Of a stretch of 64,000 nt of DNA, positions 43,866 to 53,095 are shown piece by piece. The first letter of the stretch is position 1, and each line of letters opens with the position of its first letter. Origin of the DNA: a virus (taxonomy: Duplodnaviria > Caudoviricetes); the IMG/VR virus record IMGVR_UViG_3300032290_001460, positions 42,309 through 106,308 of that record. One strand, written 5' to 3'. The notes beneath the pieces were generated by a model. The model ran no database searches. It saw only the letters and a list, made by a program, of their open reading frames with translations, and was not told the DNA's origin. The translations under genes were made by a program, and so were the position numbers.

Positions 43866-46800
43866 ACATGAACTGGACTTTCACAATAGGGGATAAAGAC
43901 TATTCCGCCACTTATGACAATGCTTCTTTTGTTACGGATTCTCCACTCGTTGAATACTACGTGAACAAATTAATCGATGACAGAACTGTCGTCGAAATAG
44001 GCGATGTAGGCCCAATGGCTACCGCATCCTTTGAAACCGATGCTCACGCATGGGGAACAATAACGCACGCTATCAGGAAACTAGCCAACATAGGCTCAGG
44101 CAAATATCCATTCTCACCATTAAACGGCGAAGACGAAATAGTTAAACCTGATGATAAAGAACCAAAAACCAAGTCACTAGGACCATCCCTTGGTGGCGTC
44201 AACGAACCATTTGACCCTAATGCTTTCGATGGCGACAACGACGGCATGGTGCAAGACAGCACTCAATGGGAAAGACCTGCACTACCAGGTCAAATTCCAA
44301 CAGTAGTGTCGCAAGAAGTTGCTCGGCCTGTGAGTTTAACCTTCACTGGGCCAGACCCACGAATTTTATATCCAGACATGGTAGGCAAAACTGGCTCTGC
44401 TAGATATGGGAATTCCCCATCTATACGCATAGAGCATCCTCTATCTCCAGGCAATGACATTGCTTTTGTTTCCGTTAGAGACTTAATGAAACTCCCTGGG
44501 AATATGCCAAATGATGATGGGGAGATTATTTTTGAAGAACGCGTTGAAAAATTGAGACAAGAACTTCTATCGAATGGATTCCGAAGCCCGATTGATATTG
44601 CGTACGACCCGACAACGGGCAGAGCATACGTATCAGAAGGCAACCATAGGCTTCATGCGGCATTTGCTGCAGGATATTCCTATATTCCTACAACTATTTT
44701 TCCTATGCGAATTAATGAGAATCGTCCGGCTTTAATCATTACAAAAGATTTAGATAAATGGCCGTGGAGAGAAACCGCAGATGGCGTTTACTACAATAAA
44801 AATCATATGAGGGAAAGATACTTGGAGCGAGAAGATGCTTGGCCCCCATTCGCCCCATCGGAACAAGATAAGAAACATATACCAAACATGAGAATTCACC
44901 CGTTGTGGGTTCTTCCTCAAGGAAGTATTGCAGGAGAAATTAGCGATAACGGTGTTTGGGGTCCATTGCAGCCAAATGCAATAGAGCCATTGACGGACAC
45001 TTCGCGTTCCAAGCGCGAATTCAGTTTCTTCCCTTCCCTAGGAAAAAAGAATAGGGTAAATAAGAAGGCCTTAAGCCAAGTCGGTCCTTATCCCGTTGTT
45101 GGTGATGTTGACTATCCTTCTACGACGCATAGGTTTAAAGTACATGGTTATGAAACATTATGGGCAGTACCCGAAGTTGGTGGACTCAACCCTGGAGAAA
45201 TGCTACTTATCAGAGATTATTCAGATGAAATAAAAAATTTTCATCACATTGAAGGAATATCTGATGGATTAGTCCGTATGACAAAAAGTGGACAAGTATT
45301 ATTCACAATTTTGTCACCCGAAGAATCTGTTGAATTACGTGAAAGTATCAGCACGGGGAAGCCTCTATCCGCATCCATAGAACAGCGCATATCAGACAGG
45401 TTTGTAAAAATACCTGGTGAAGATGGAACCATTGATGATGCTATTGATTTTATGTACTCGATACTTCCATCAAATATAACTAAACCTAAACAGATTTCTT
45501 TGTTTGAACAAGAGGTTATAGACGAATTCACTTATCCGGATGGGCAAAAAACAATAGTTACAGTGGATGCACATGCTAGTCACACTCAAAAATCAATGAC
45601 TTTTTGGAACGGCCATACACCTACTGAATCACTTGAAACAATGCGAACGTTCTTTCATGAACATGGCCATATGATTGACCCAATACCACCTATGTATTAC
45701 ATGGTTCATCCAACTGCTACGCAGATGCTGGGCGACTCTCCCGAAAAGCCAATGTATTTCAGCGATTCAATAGCATGGGGGGCTGCAGTGGAGCGTGATA
45801 GCCAGGTCGCTCATAGTATGATTTTAAAAAATGCATTAATTCATCCTGAAACAAGAACACGCATGAGTTTTATTTCTGGCAAGAAGGCTGTTAGTTTATA
45901 TGGCACAACTGATGTTCGGGAGGATTTTTCTGAAGCATTGGCAATGTATTTGATAGATAAATTCTATGGCAGTTTTGTTATAAATGAAGAATTGGGCACA
46001 AACGTCAGATTTGCTCAACTGTTTCCAAATAGGGCACAATTTTTTGATGACGTTATAGGAACATTGTATAGTTTTGATGAGCCTCTTGAAAATTTAGTTA
46101 AAGCGATAACTACGGGTGATTTCAATGCTATTAATAGTTCACGCTCTAGTCGTATAGTTCCTTCTAAATCAACTTTAATACCTGATGGAATATTCGATGT
46201 CGAAGAGCCACGATTTGGAAGCGTTCAAAAATTAGTAAGATATACCATGGACAACCCAGAGATAAATGTTTTTCTTTTCAAAAATGCCGCGTTAAGTCCA
46301 AGTAGTTCACAAAAAACTGAGTTTGGTATTGCCGTAAAACATTTAGTCCCAAACAATTTACTTAGTCGCGATGGACACTTTATATCGGTTGATATTTCCG
46401 AAAGTGAATTTGAAGAGTTATCAACGAGCATGGTTCTTGGTAATGGAATCCCACAGGAAATATCTAATAGAATTAATTCAAAATTAGATATTATTCGTAA
46501 TCAGATGCAAAAATTGCATGCAGTTTTACCGGATGGCGCTGTTTCAAAAATGAGTTTCATACATGCAAGTGAAAAAAGTCTATTCTTGCCATGGGTGGAT
46601 GTAGACGGCCAGGCTGTTACGCAAATTTCTAACGGCCTTGGCCAAGAACCACGCAATTTTATTGCAATTTATAGTTTAAATAGACATACCGAAAGTCATT
46701 TAAGCGATGTATTAGCGCACGAACTCGGGCATATCCTTGATAGAGATGGTGGGCGAAACTATAAAAAATCATTTGTTAATGAATCTAATAGATGGCTAAA

Positions 46801-49339
46801 AGCAAGAGCAAGTGATAAAAAAACTTTTGAAACATTTAGACAATTACTTGATGACGAAATACTTGTTCCAATTTCTAGAGATTCTGCCGTCCCAAATATA
46901 CGTAAAGGGAAAAAAGGAATAACAGAATATGGCGGCACAAGTGATAGTGAAGATTTTGCTGAAACAATAAAATTGTATATATCAGACTTGCGGAATAGTG
47001 GTTTATTCAGAAATAAAGATACTAATGAAATGGTCCGTTTTTCGGATATGTTCCCTAATCTTCATGGAATGCTTAAAGAATTTTTATCAACATACGAAAC
47101 TAATACAACCGATAAGGAAGTTATAGAAACAGTAAGCGACAGTTCTTTCTCACGGCGTTCTAGTGGGTTTTCTAACGGGACGTGGAAAATCGAAGGAAAT
47201 GTCGTGCAGGAAATTAGTAAATGGCCCGATAAAAATACACCTCAGGGTAAAAAAATCCTTGATAGTGCCGAATTCAAAACACAGGTGGCATTGCTGGATG
47301 CAATGAATATTTGGCGAGGTAGTTTTAGTGACAGTAGAATGTTGGCTCGTATTCTTGGTGGTCTCAAGCCTCCAGAGGGAACTCAATACGTCGACGACAG
47401 GTTTATGAATATAGCACGAGTGCTTGATGGTGCTCTTGAAAATGCTCCCACTATTTCTGGTCAAGTTACTATCGCCGGAAAATCCATACCACTCCCCCTG
47501 TATCGTTCGATGCGATTAACGCCAGATGTTTTCGATAGCATAAATTTTGGTGTTGGCAGCGAATTGAATTTTAGGGCTGCTTCAGCAGCATTTAGGGCCG
47601 ATGTTGCGGCACAGTACAACATTGATGAATTAACCAATTTAGGTATTCGTGGAGGAATGCCTAAGAAAATCATTGTTCAGTTGCCCAGTGATACCAAGGG
47701 GCTAGTTTTTGATGATAGAAAAACTATCGTTGCGGACCAATTTAATGAACGCCCAGTAGAAGCAATCATTCGTGGAAACTTTAGGGTCGCTTCAGTCAAA
47801 ACAATAACTATGCGCGACCCAATAACACGCAAGGATATTGAACAAGAAATTCATGTTATGGAACATATTGAACCGCCGACAAGTTCTCGTTCCACTAGAC
47901 GTAAATATCACACAACGAATACACGACTAGACATCGGCGACTTTATTGTTTCACCTCGTAAGTCTGGCAAGGAGAATGAAAGTTCTAGTCAGATAGATTT
48001 CAATGATTCTTCAGTGGTTTACGCATCTCCCAATTTTGCTGATGTGACTAGAGGAATCGAAGATTTTGCTAGTTCTGGCAGATATAAAGATAGTAACGGG
48101 CCTCTCTATATGTATCAAATTGAGGACACATCTCCAGCGAGCCTTAGTAGCGACACGTTCCCCCGTAATGAACTATCAATGACGTCATCTAGGGTGGAAC
48201 GAGGCAAGGTCACTGGCATTTATAAGGTTTCCGATGATGGCGATGCTTTCATGTTTTCTGGTGGCTCGCGTTCAAGACGTAAGGGCGCAGGAGTACCAGC
48301 ATCCAAGCCTAAAGATACACGCAGAGCAATAAGAGGCAAAATTGTTTCTGGTCGTCAGGGAATTGACGAAGATGGACTTACTCCAGAATTCATTCAAGCC
48401 ATGGAGTCAAAAATGGAAGAGATGGGTCTTTCTAGGGAAATGTTTCAAAAGACTCTTGATGATTTTTTAAAAACTTTAACTAGAACTAATATCGATATTG
48501 GTAAAAGATGGTACCCATTCGTTAATCGTCGAATGAGAGATATGGTCGAAGATTTAAATAATAGATATGGTACTTCTATAACTTTCGAGCAGGGCGCCGC
48601 CGTAATGGCAGCGTTATCTCCTTTGAGGGAAGTGAATGAAAATATCAAGGCGGCAAAATTAATTTTAAGAACTTTTGCTGCTGATGAAGATTTTGAGATA
48701 ACAGAAGAATTATTAAGTAAGTTAAAAATTTCAAAAAAAGAAGTTGAGATTTTCCTTGCTCGTGCTGGCGATGGAAAAATTAGACCTTCTGAATTTAACG
48801 ATGACGAAATAGAAATACTCATAGGTTTGAATCTTGGTTTTCTTAAAGCCGGAAGTGTTGATGGTCTTGCGAATATTAAAAAATCAATTTTTATTTTGAG
48901 AGATAAAAATTCAATAGATGATGTGCTTAAAGGGCCCAAAGTCCGTTCTTTTTATTCTAATATCGTAGACCCAAATGGAACTAGAGTGACGATTGATACA
49001 TGGATGTATAAAATGATGGTTCCTCCAGATGTAAAAATATTATATAAAGGGCAAGAATTAACACTTGCCGAACATTTGAACATAAAGGGACCCGACGGCA
49101 AGAAAGTAAATAACGTTCAAGCGATGTTCCAAGCAACGCCACAAAGCAAAAAATTGGGTGGACAAATTGGTTTATACCCCATATTTGCTGAATTGATAAG
49201 AAATGCAGCAATAAAATATAATATTCCTCCCTCTGCTCTTCAGGCAGCACTTTGGGAAAGGTTCAGGATGCAACTTTCTAATTATCAGCCAACTGATTGG
49301 GATGAAGTTGCTGGACTTTTTGATTTGGATGTAGAATAA
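43862..49339 (+). CDS. 1825-aa polyvalent protein: ParB/Srx-like domain, two lethal-factor-like zincins, ADP-ribosyltransferase-like domain, Arr-like domain, C-terminal glycosylase-like helical domain
   Basis: Tag at 44171-44280. VSEGNHRLHAA at ~44630. HEHGH at 45656 and HELGH at 46718. LYRSM...PVEAIIRG at ~47500-47775. YHTTNTRLDIGD...VVYASP at ~47905. AALSP/GPKVRSFYSNI/VTIDTW/LQAALW at 48600-49256. Confidence 0.85.
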   Translation: MNMNWTFTIGDKDYSATYDNASFVTDSPLVEYYVNKLIDDRTVVEIGDVGPMATASFETDAHAWGTITHAIRKLANIGSGKYPFSPLNGEDEIVKPDDKEPKTKSLGPSLGGVNEPFDPNAFDGDNDGMVQDSTQWERPALPGQIPTVVSQEVARPVSLTFTGPDPRILYPDMVGKTGSARYGNSPSIRIEHPLSPGNDIAFVSVRDLMKLPGNMPNDDGEIIFEERVEKLRQELLSNGFRSPIDIAYDPTTGRAYVSEGNHRLHAAFAAGYSYIPTTIFPMRINENRPALIITKDLDKWPWRETADGVYYNKNHMRERYLEREDAWPPFAPSEQDKKHIPNMRIHPLWVLPQGSIAGEISDNGVWGPLQPNAIEPLTDTSRSKREFSFFPSLGKKNRVNKKALSQVGPYPVVGDVDYPSTTHRFKVHGYETLWAVPEVGGLNPGEMLLIRDYSDEIKNFHHIEGISDGLVRMTKSGQVLFTILSPEESVELRESISTGKPLSASIEQRISDRFVKIPGEDGTIDDAIDFMYSILPSNITKPKQISLFEQEVIDEFTYPDGQKTIVTVDAHASHTQKSMTFWNGHTPTESLETMRTFFHEHGHMIDPIPPMYYMVHPTATQMLGDSPEKPMYFSDSIAWGAAVERDSQVAHSMILKNALIHPETRTRMSFISGKKAVSLYGTTDVREDFSEALAMYLIDKFYGSFVINEELGTNVRFAQLFPNRAQFFDDVIGTLYSFDEPLENLVKAITTGDFNAINSSRSSRIVPSKSTLIPDGIFDVEEPRFGSVQKLVRYTMDNPEINVFLFKNAALSPSSSQKTEFGIAVKHLVPNNLLSRDGHFISVDISESEFEELSTSMVLGNGIPQEISNRINSKLDIIRNQMQKLHAVLPDGAVSKMSFIHASEKSLFLPWVDVDGQAVTQISNGLGQEPRNFIAIYSLNRHTESHLSDVLAHELGHILDRDGGRNYKKSFVNESNRWLKARASDKKTFETFRQLLDDEILVPISRDSAVPNIRKGKKGITEYGGTSDSEDFAETIKLYISDLRNSGLFRNKDTNEMVRFSDMFPNLHGMLKEFLSTYETNTTDKEVIETVSDSSFSRRSSGFSNGTWKIEGNVVQEISKWPDKNTPQGKKILDSAEFKTQVALLDAMNIWRGSFSDSRMLARILGGLKPPEGTQYVDDRFMNIARVLDGALENAPTISGQVTIAGKSIPLPLYRSMRLTPDVFDSINFGVGSELNFRAASAAFRADVAAQYNIDELTNLGIRGGMPKKIIVQLPSDTKGLVFDDRKTIVADQFNERPVEAIIRGNFRVASVKTITMRDPITRKDIEQEIHVMEHIEPPTSSRSTRRKYHTTNTRLDIGDFIVSPRKSGKENESSSQIDFNDSSVVYASPNFADVTRGIEDFASSGRYKDSNGPLYMYQIEDTSPASLSSDTFPRNELSMTSSRVERGKVTGIYKVSDDGDAFMFSGGSRSRRKGAGVPASKPKDTRRAIRGKIVSGRQGIDEDGLTPEFIQAMESKMEEMGLSREMFQKTLDDFLKTLTRTNIDIGKRWYPFVNRRMRDMVEDLNNRYGTSITFEQGAAVMAALSPLREVNENIKAAKLILRTFAADEDFEITEELLSKLKISKKEVEIFLARAGDGKIRPSEFNDDEIEILIGLNLGFLKAGSVDGLANIKKSIFILRDKNSIDDVLKGPKVRSFYSNIVDPNGTRVTIDTWMYKMMVPPDVKILYKGQELTLAEHLNIKGPDGKKVNNVQAMFQATPQSKKLGGQIGLYPIFAELIRNAAIKYNIPPSALQAALWERFRMQLSNYQPTDWDEVAGLFDLDVE

Positions 49340-49343
49340 TATA

Positions 49344-49523
49344 ATGATTATGAGAAAAATAACAAAAACCAATTCAAATGCAGAAACTCCCGCAGAATTG
49401 AATATTGTTGGCGGTTTGACTGATGATGAGTTGTCGAAAAAGTATGGCTTTAATCAGGAGAGGTCGCGCAGTATTGCTGAGGCTCTTGGTATTCCATACG
49501 ACAACGAGGAGTCTGGATTTTGA
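49344..49523 (+). CDS. Small hypothetical protein (59 aa), not in the ORF track
   Basis: Translated by hand: MIMRKITKTNSNAETPAELNIVGGLTDDELSKKYGFNQERSRSIAEALGIPYDNEESGF. TGATG overlap with the next ORF. Confidence 0.55.
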   Translation: MIMRKITKTNSNAETPAELNIVGGLTDDELSKKYGFNQERSRSIAEALGIPYDNEESGF

Positions 49524-49690
49524 TGAGTAAGGGCAAAAGAGAATCTAAGGGTGTTAAAAAGTTAGATAAGTCAAAATTGCTTAAACTGGCAAATGATGAT
49601 TATCACAACGCCTTTGGCCCAGATGGTTCTATGACGAATTTGAAGAACGAAATTGAAAGAAGTAGTAATGAGACAGATACCAAATCCTAA
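49523..49690 (+). CDS. Small hypothetical protein (55 aa), not in the ORF track
   Basis: MSKGKRESKGVKKLDKSKLLKLANDDYHNAFGPDGS...; translationally coupled, with GAGGAG upstream. Confidence 0.45.
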   Translation: MSKGKRESKGVKKLDKSKLLKLANDDYHNAFGPDGSMTNLKNEIERSSNETDTKS

Positions 49691-49844
49691 AAATGGCAGA
49701 TATACAGGTGACCAGAGGATTACTGCTGCAGAATATGCCTTGTCAACTATGGCTAGTAGCATCGAAGAAGAAACTTTAGTTTCCAAGGCTGTCAACAGAA
49801 TGCGAAATATTGTTTTAAAATTTAAGAGTAGTCAAAAAAAATAA
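49668..49844 (+). CDS. Small hypothetical protein
   Basis: ORF track gives 49653-49844. ATG at 49668 (MRQIPNPKNG...). Confidence 0.45.
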   Translation: MRQIPNPKNGRYTGDQRITAAEYALSTMASSIEEETLVSKAVNRMRNIVLKFKSSQKK

Positions 49845-49873
49845 ACTCAACACATTATTAGATGAGGTAATTT

Positions 49874-50224
49874 ATGAATGAGAAAGTCACCCCAGCACAA
49901 AGACTGATGGCAGGAGAGGTCAACCTCGTTATCTCTCCATCAAACGAGTCATTTAAAACACTCAACCCACAGGAAAGAAAATTTGCTGAAGCACTAATTT
50001 CCATCACTCAAGAATATGGAAAATTTGATGAAGACGGCGAAGGCGTATGGGCAGGATACTCCCCGCCATCAAAAAATGATGTCAAAGACATTGGTGTCAA
50101 ATGCGCAAACTGCGTCATGTGGGAAGGCGGCACAACATGCAAAATTATTGCCCTCCCAGTAGAAGCAGAAGCAAAATGCCGTTTGGCTGTAATCCCTGAT
50201 GGGGTTGTGCAAAAAAGCAAATGA
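49874..50224 (+). CDS. Small Cys-rich protein with HiPIP-like cysteine spacing
   Basis: GAGGT RBS. CANCVMWEGGTTCKII...AKCRL provides four Cys. Confidence 0.65.
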   Translation: MNEKVTPAQRLMAGEVNLVISPSNESFKTLNPQERKFAEALISITQEYGKFDEDGEGVWAGYSPPSKNDVKDIGVKCANCVMWEGGTTCKIIALPVEAEAKCRLAVIPDGVVQKSK

Positions 50225-51282
50225 CAGAAAACCTTCCCAATAGATTGCTACCGCGCAAACCAAAACTCAAACGAACAGGCATGATTGTTCCTGCTCGTGA
50301 CGTTACCTATGGAGAAACGCCCGATTGGATACAAAAGGCAACGAAGGATTTTTTGGATAATATCCCCAAAAAGAAATCTCTTTCTAACTTAAATTACACA
50401 AAACCAGAACTCAGAAATAATTTGAAAAAAAGAATTATGAACGGCTCTGATGGCGGTAGGCCCGGTCAATGGTCTGCCAGAAAAGCGCAACTACTCGCTC
50501 TTGCCTATCGCAAGGCGGGAGGCGGATATAGGGGTAAGCCTTCAAAGAGTCAACGTTCTCTAAGTAAGTGGACTAAAGAGAGATGGACTACTATTGATGG
50601 GAAACCCGCTTATCGTAAGGGCAAAATGAGCAGATATCTTCCCGCTAAAGCGTGGACTAGATTAACTGCCGCTCAACGTAAGGCTACCGTTGCTAAGAAA
50701 CTAGAGGGCAGTAAGCGTGGCGAGCAGTTTGTTGCGAATACTCGCAGGGCTGCTTCTGCTTCTGCTTCCGCTCGCAAGACTGGTCAGCCTTCACATTACG
50801 TTGTTAAGCAGTTGGATATCAAGAAAGATAAATCACCCAGTAACTCATCTGAAGGTAATATCGATGTTTCTTCTCGTAAGACTATTAAATTATCGAATGG
50901 TGAAGTAGAGTTATTTAAACCTATGGCTTTCCGGAATGCTGGAAAAGTTATCGTTGTCCCCACAATTACTGAGGGCGGCAAACTACTGACTGAGAGTGGA
51001 GCAATTAACAAATACTTCGAAACTGGAATGCACCTAGGCATATTTGACGATATGTCAGAAGCAAAAGTTCGTATTGAACAACTAGAAAAAGAACGTTTCA
51101 AAGACACTCCAAAAGAAAATACGGCAAAGAAAAAAGAAGATAAATACGATAGGCGTAAACACCGCCGGTCGCTGGCCGTCAACCCAGCAACAATAAAGCC
51201 TGTCATCGACCCCAAAGCAAATGAAAACCAGCCTAAAAATGGAGTAATGAAACGCTCAGATTTTCTTGCTCAATTTGAATAA
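50221..51282 (+). CDS. Basic protein with a DUF5872-like N-terminal domain and a C-terminal domain shared with 53301-57608
   Basis: NYTKPELR...GGRPGQWSARKAQLLA.AY.KAGGGY...SLSKWTKERW...RYLPAKAW. C-terminal motif VPTI...YFETGMHLGIF. Confidence 0.7.
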   Translation: MTENLPNRLLPRKPKLKRTGMIVPARDVTYGETPDWIQKATKDFLDNIPKKKSLSNLNYTKPELRNNLKKRIMNGSDGGRPGQWSARKAQLLALAYRKAGGGYRGKPSKSQRSLSKWTKERWTTIDGKPAYRKGKMSRYLPAKAWTRLTAAQRKATVAKKLEGSKRGEQFVANTRRAASASASARKTGQPSHYVVKQLDIKKDKSPSNSSEGNIDVSSRKTIKLSNGEVELFKPMAFRNAGKVIVVPTITEGGKLLTESGAINKYFETGMHLGIFDDMSEAKVRIEQLEKERFKDTPKENTAKKKEDKYDRRKHRRSLAVNPATIKPVIDPKANENQPKNGVMKRSDFLAQFE

Positions 51283-51339
51283 TTGGCATCATTGCGAATC
51301 TTGCTCTGATAAGTTTCATACTCTACAAAAGGAACGAAA

Positions 51340-51516
51340 ATGGCCAAAAATAAAAAACCCAATTACAAGATTATTAGTCAAGTCACCACGGATATCGATG
51401 GCAACGTTGTGCCCAAAGACAGTCCTGATGCCCACCATATTGAAGCAGAATTAGAGTATGAAGATGGCCGCATTGAGCGCATCTACGGCACCGTCGTAAA
51501 AGACGAAAAAGAGTAA
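51340..51516 (+). CDS. Small acidic protein (58 aa), paralog of 57662-57841 and 57850-58038; not in the ORF track
   Basis: AAGGA RBS. MAKNKKPNYKIISQVTTDIDGNVVPKDSPDAHHIEAELEYEDGRIERIYGTVVKDEKE. Confidence 0.7.
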   Translation: MAKNKKPNYKIISQVTTDIDGNVVPKDSPDAHHIEAELEYEDGRIERIYGTVVKDEKE

Positions 51517-51590
51517 TATTGTACTAAATCTGACAATTTAGAGTACTTAAAATAAAAAAGTACCATAAAAGTGTATTTCTTGCATTGAGC

Positions 51591-51675
51591 AGGGTTTACG
51601 TGATGTATTTTAGTATCTAGGGCTGGGTGCTTACCTAAGCCACAAGCAAAAAAATACATCCACTCCAACCCTAGA
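51591..51675 (+). promoter_or_regulatory. Structured 5' leader of the major capsid gene
   Basis: Nested inverted repeats: agggtt/aaccct; gatgtatttt (51602-51611)/aaaatacatc (51651-51660); inner ggctgggt-gctt-acct-a-agcc. AGAGGT RBS before 51692. Confidence 0.5.
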
Positions 51676-51691
51676 AACCAAGAGGTTTAAC

Positions 51692-53011
51692 ATGTCAGAA
51701 GACACTTCACGTCTGAACGAACTGCAAAGCGCACTCCGTTCAAAGATGTCCGATAATAAGGCCATCGCAGACTCATTCAAGATTCAAGACGGCACCGTCG
51801 TTGTATCAACCGACCAAAAGACAGCGTTTGACAAGAACATGCGCGACATCAAGGAAATCAAGAGTCTCATCGAGGGCCTTGAATCATTCCGCGAAGTCGA
51901 TGCATGGAGTAATCAGGCTTCAGGTCAGTCAGTTGGCGCATCGGCTGCTGCTAGCGCCGCTGGTGCTTCGGCACAGCGCACCCAATTCAAGTCAATCGGT
52001 GATGAGTTCGTCGGTTCGGCTGAATTCAAGTCACTTAACGGTGGCCGCAACGGCGCAAACATGCCTACCCCATTCACGACCAATGCAGTTCTCACCGGCT
52101 CATACAGCCAGAAGGACCTGTACTCAGGATTGCCGACCGGAAACCCCGGTACCTTCGGCAACATCCAGCGTGACCCGATTGTTATTCCTCCAATGCGCAC
52201 CAAGCGTGTTCGTGACTTGTTCCCCGTTCGTACAACGAACGCTCAAGTTATCGAATACTTCCGCATGACGGGATTCACCAACAACGCTGCAGCAGTTGCA
52301 CAGCGCAACAATGACAACACCAACTTCGGCATCAAGCCGCAGTCGTCCTTCACCTTTGTGGGCGAGCAGGCTCCGGTCCGCACCATCGCTCACTGGGAAG
52401 CCGCACACCGTAACGTTCTCGCTGACGAACCGCAATTGCGTTCAATCATCGACAACGAATTGATGTACGGTCTCCGTTTGCAAGAAGATGCACAGATTCT
52501 TGCTGGTGACGGTACTGGCGAAAACCTTCAGGGTGTTCTCACCACAACGGGTATCCAGACATACGACTGGTCGGACGGCGCACATTTGCCTGTCGCAGAT
52601 ACTAAGGTCGACGCAATTCGTCGTGCCGCAACCCTGTCGTTCTTGGCTTACTACGAGCCAACCGGCGTGGTTCTCCACCCGAATGACTGGGAAGACATGG
52701 AACTCGCTAAGGACGACAATGGCCAGTACCTCGTTGCTGTGTCGGTCGCCCTTGGTGGAGAGCCCAAGTTGTGGCGTATCCCTGTCGTCGAAACCCCAGC
52801 AATGACAGAAGGCACCGCTCTTGTCGGTGCATTCGGTACCGGAGCACAGTTGTACGACCGTGAGCAGGCCAGCATTAGAATCAGCGAACAGCACAGCGAC
52901 TTCTTCGTCCGTAACGCCATTGTGATTCTTGCCGAACAGCGTTTGGCTCTTGCTGTCAAGCGTCCGGAAGCATTCGTCAAGGTCAACTTCGACGCAGCAC
53001 CAACAGCCTGA
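51692..53011 (+). CDS. Major capsid protein, HK97 fold, with an N-terminal coiled-coil delta-like domain
   Basis: Motifs VRDLFP, VRTIAHW, LRSIIDNELMYGLRLQEDAQILAGDGTGENLQG, VVLHPNDW...KDDNGQYL and FVRNAIVILAEQRLALAVKRPEAFV. Strong codon bias. Confidence 0.97.
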   Translation: MSEDTSRLNELQSALRSKMSDNKAIADSFKIQDGTVVVSTDQKTAFDKNMRDIKEIKSLIEGLESFREVDAWSNQASGQSVGASAAASAAGASAQRTQFKSIGDEFVGSAEFKSLNGGRNGANMPTPFTTNAVLTGSYSQKDLYSGLPTGNPGTFGNIQRDPIVIPPMRTKRVRDLFPVRTTNAQVIEYFRMTGFTNNAAAVAQRNNDNTNFGIKPQSSFTFVGEQAPVRTIAHWEAAHRNVLADEPQLRSIIDNELMYGLRLQEDAQILAGDGTGENLQGVLTTTGIQTYDWSDGAHLPVADTKVDAIRRAATLSFLAYYEPTGVVLHPNDWEDMELAKDDNGQYLVAVSVALGGEPKLWRIPVVETPAMTEGTALVGAFGTGAQLYDREQASIRISEQHSDFFVRNAIVILAEQRLALAVKRPEAFVKVNFDAAPTA

Positions 53012-53044
53012 TAACTAACTCGTAAGAGGAAGAAGTAGTGGCTC

Positions 53045-53095
53045 GGCCCCTCGGAAGACGGTTCTCATGCCGTCAACTGAGGGGCCTTGTCATTT
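53045..53095 (+). terminator. Probable intrinsic terminator after the capsid gene
   Basis: A ggcccctc/gaggggcc stem with an inner gacgg/ccgtc stem, followed by ttgtcattt. Confidence 0.65.

Noticed and set aside
298-49339. Inteins or introns as the explanation for the giant ORFs
   Set aside because: I saw no intein N-terminal block, His-Asn-[CST] terminus or LAGLIDADG motif, and the frames are continuous.
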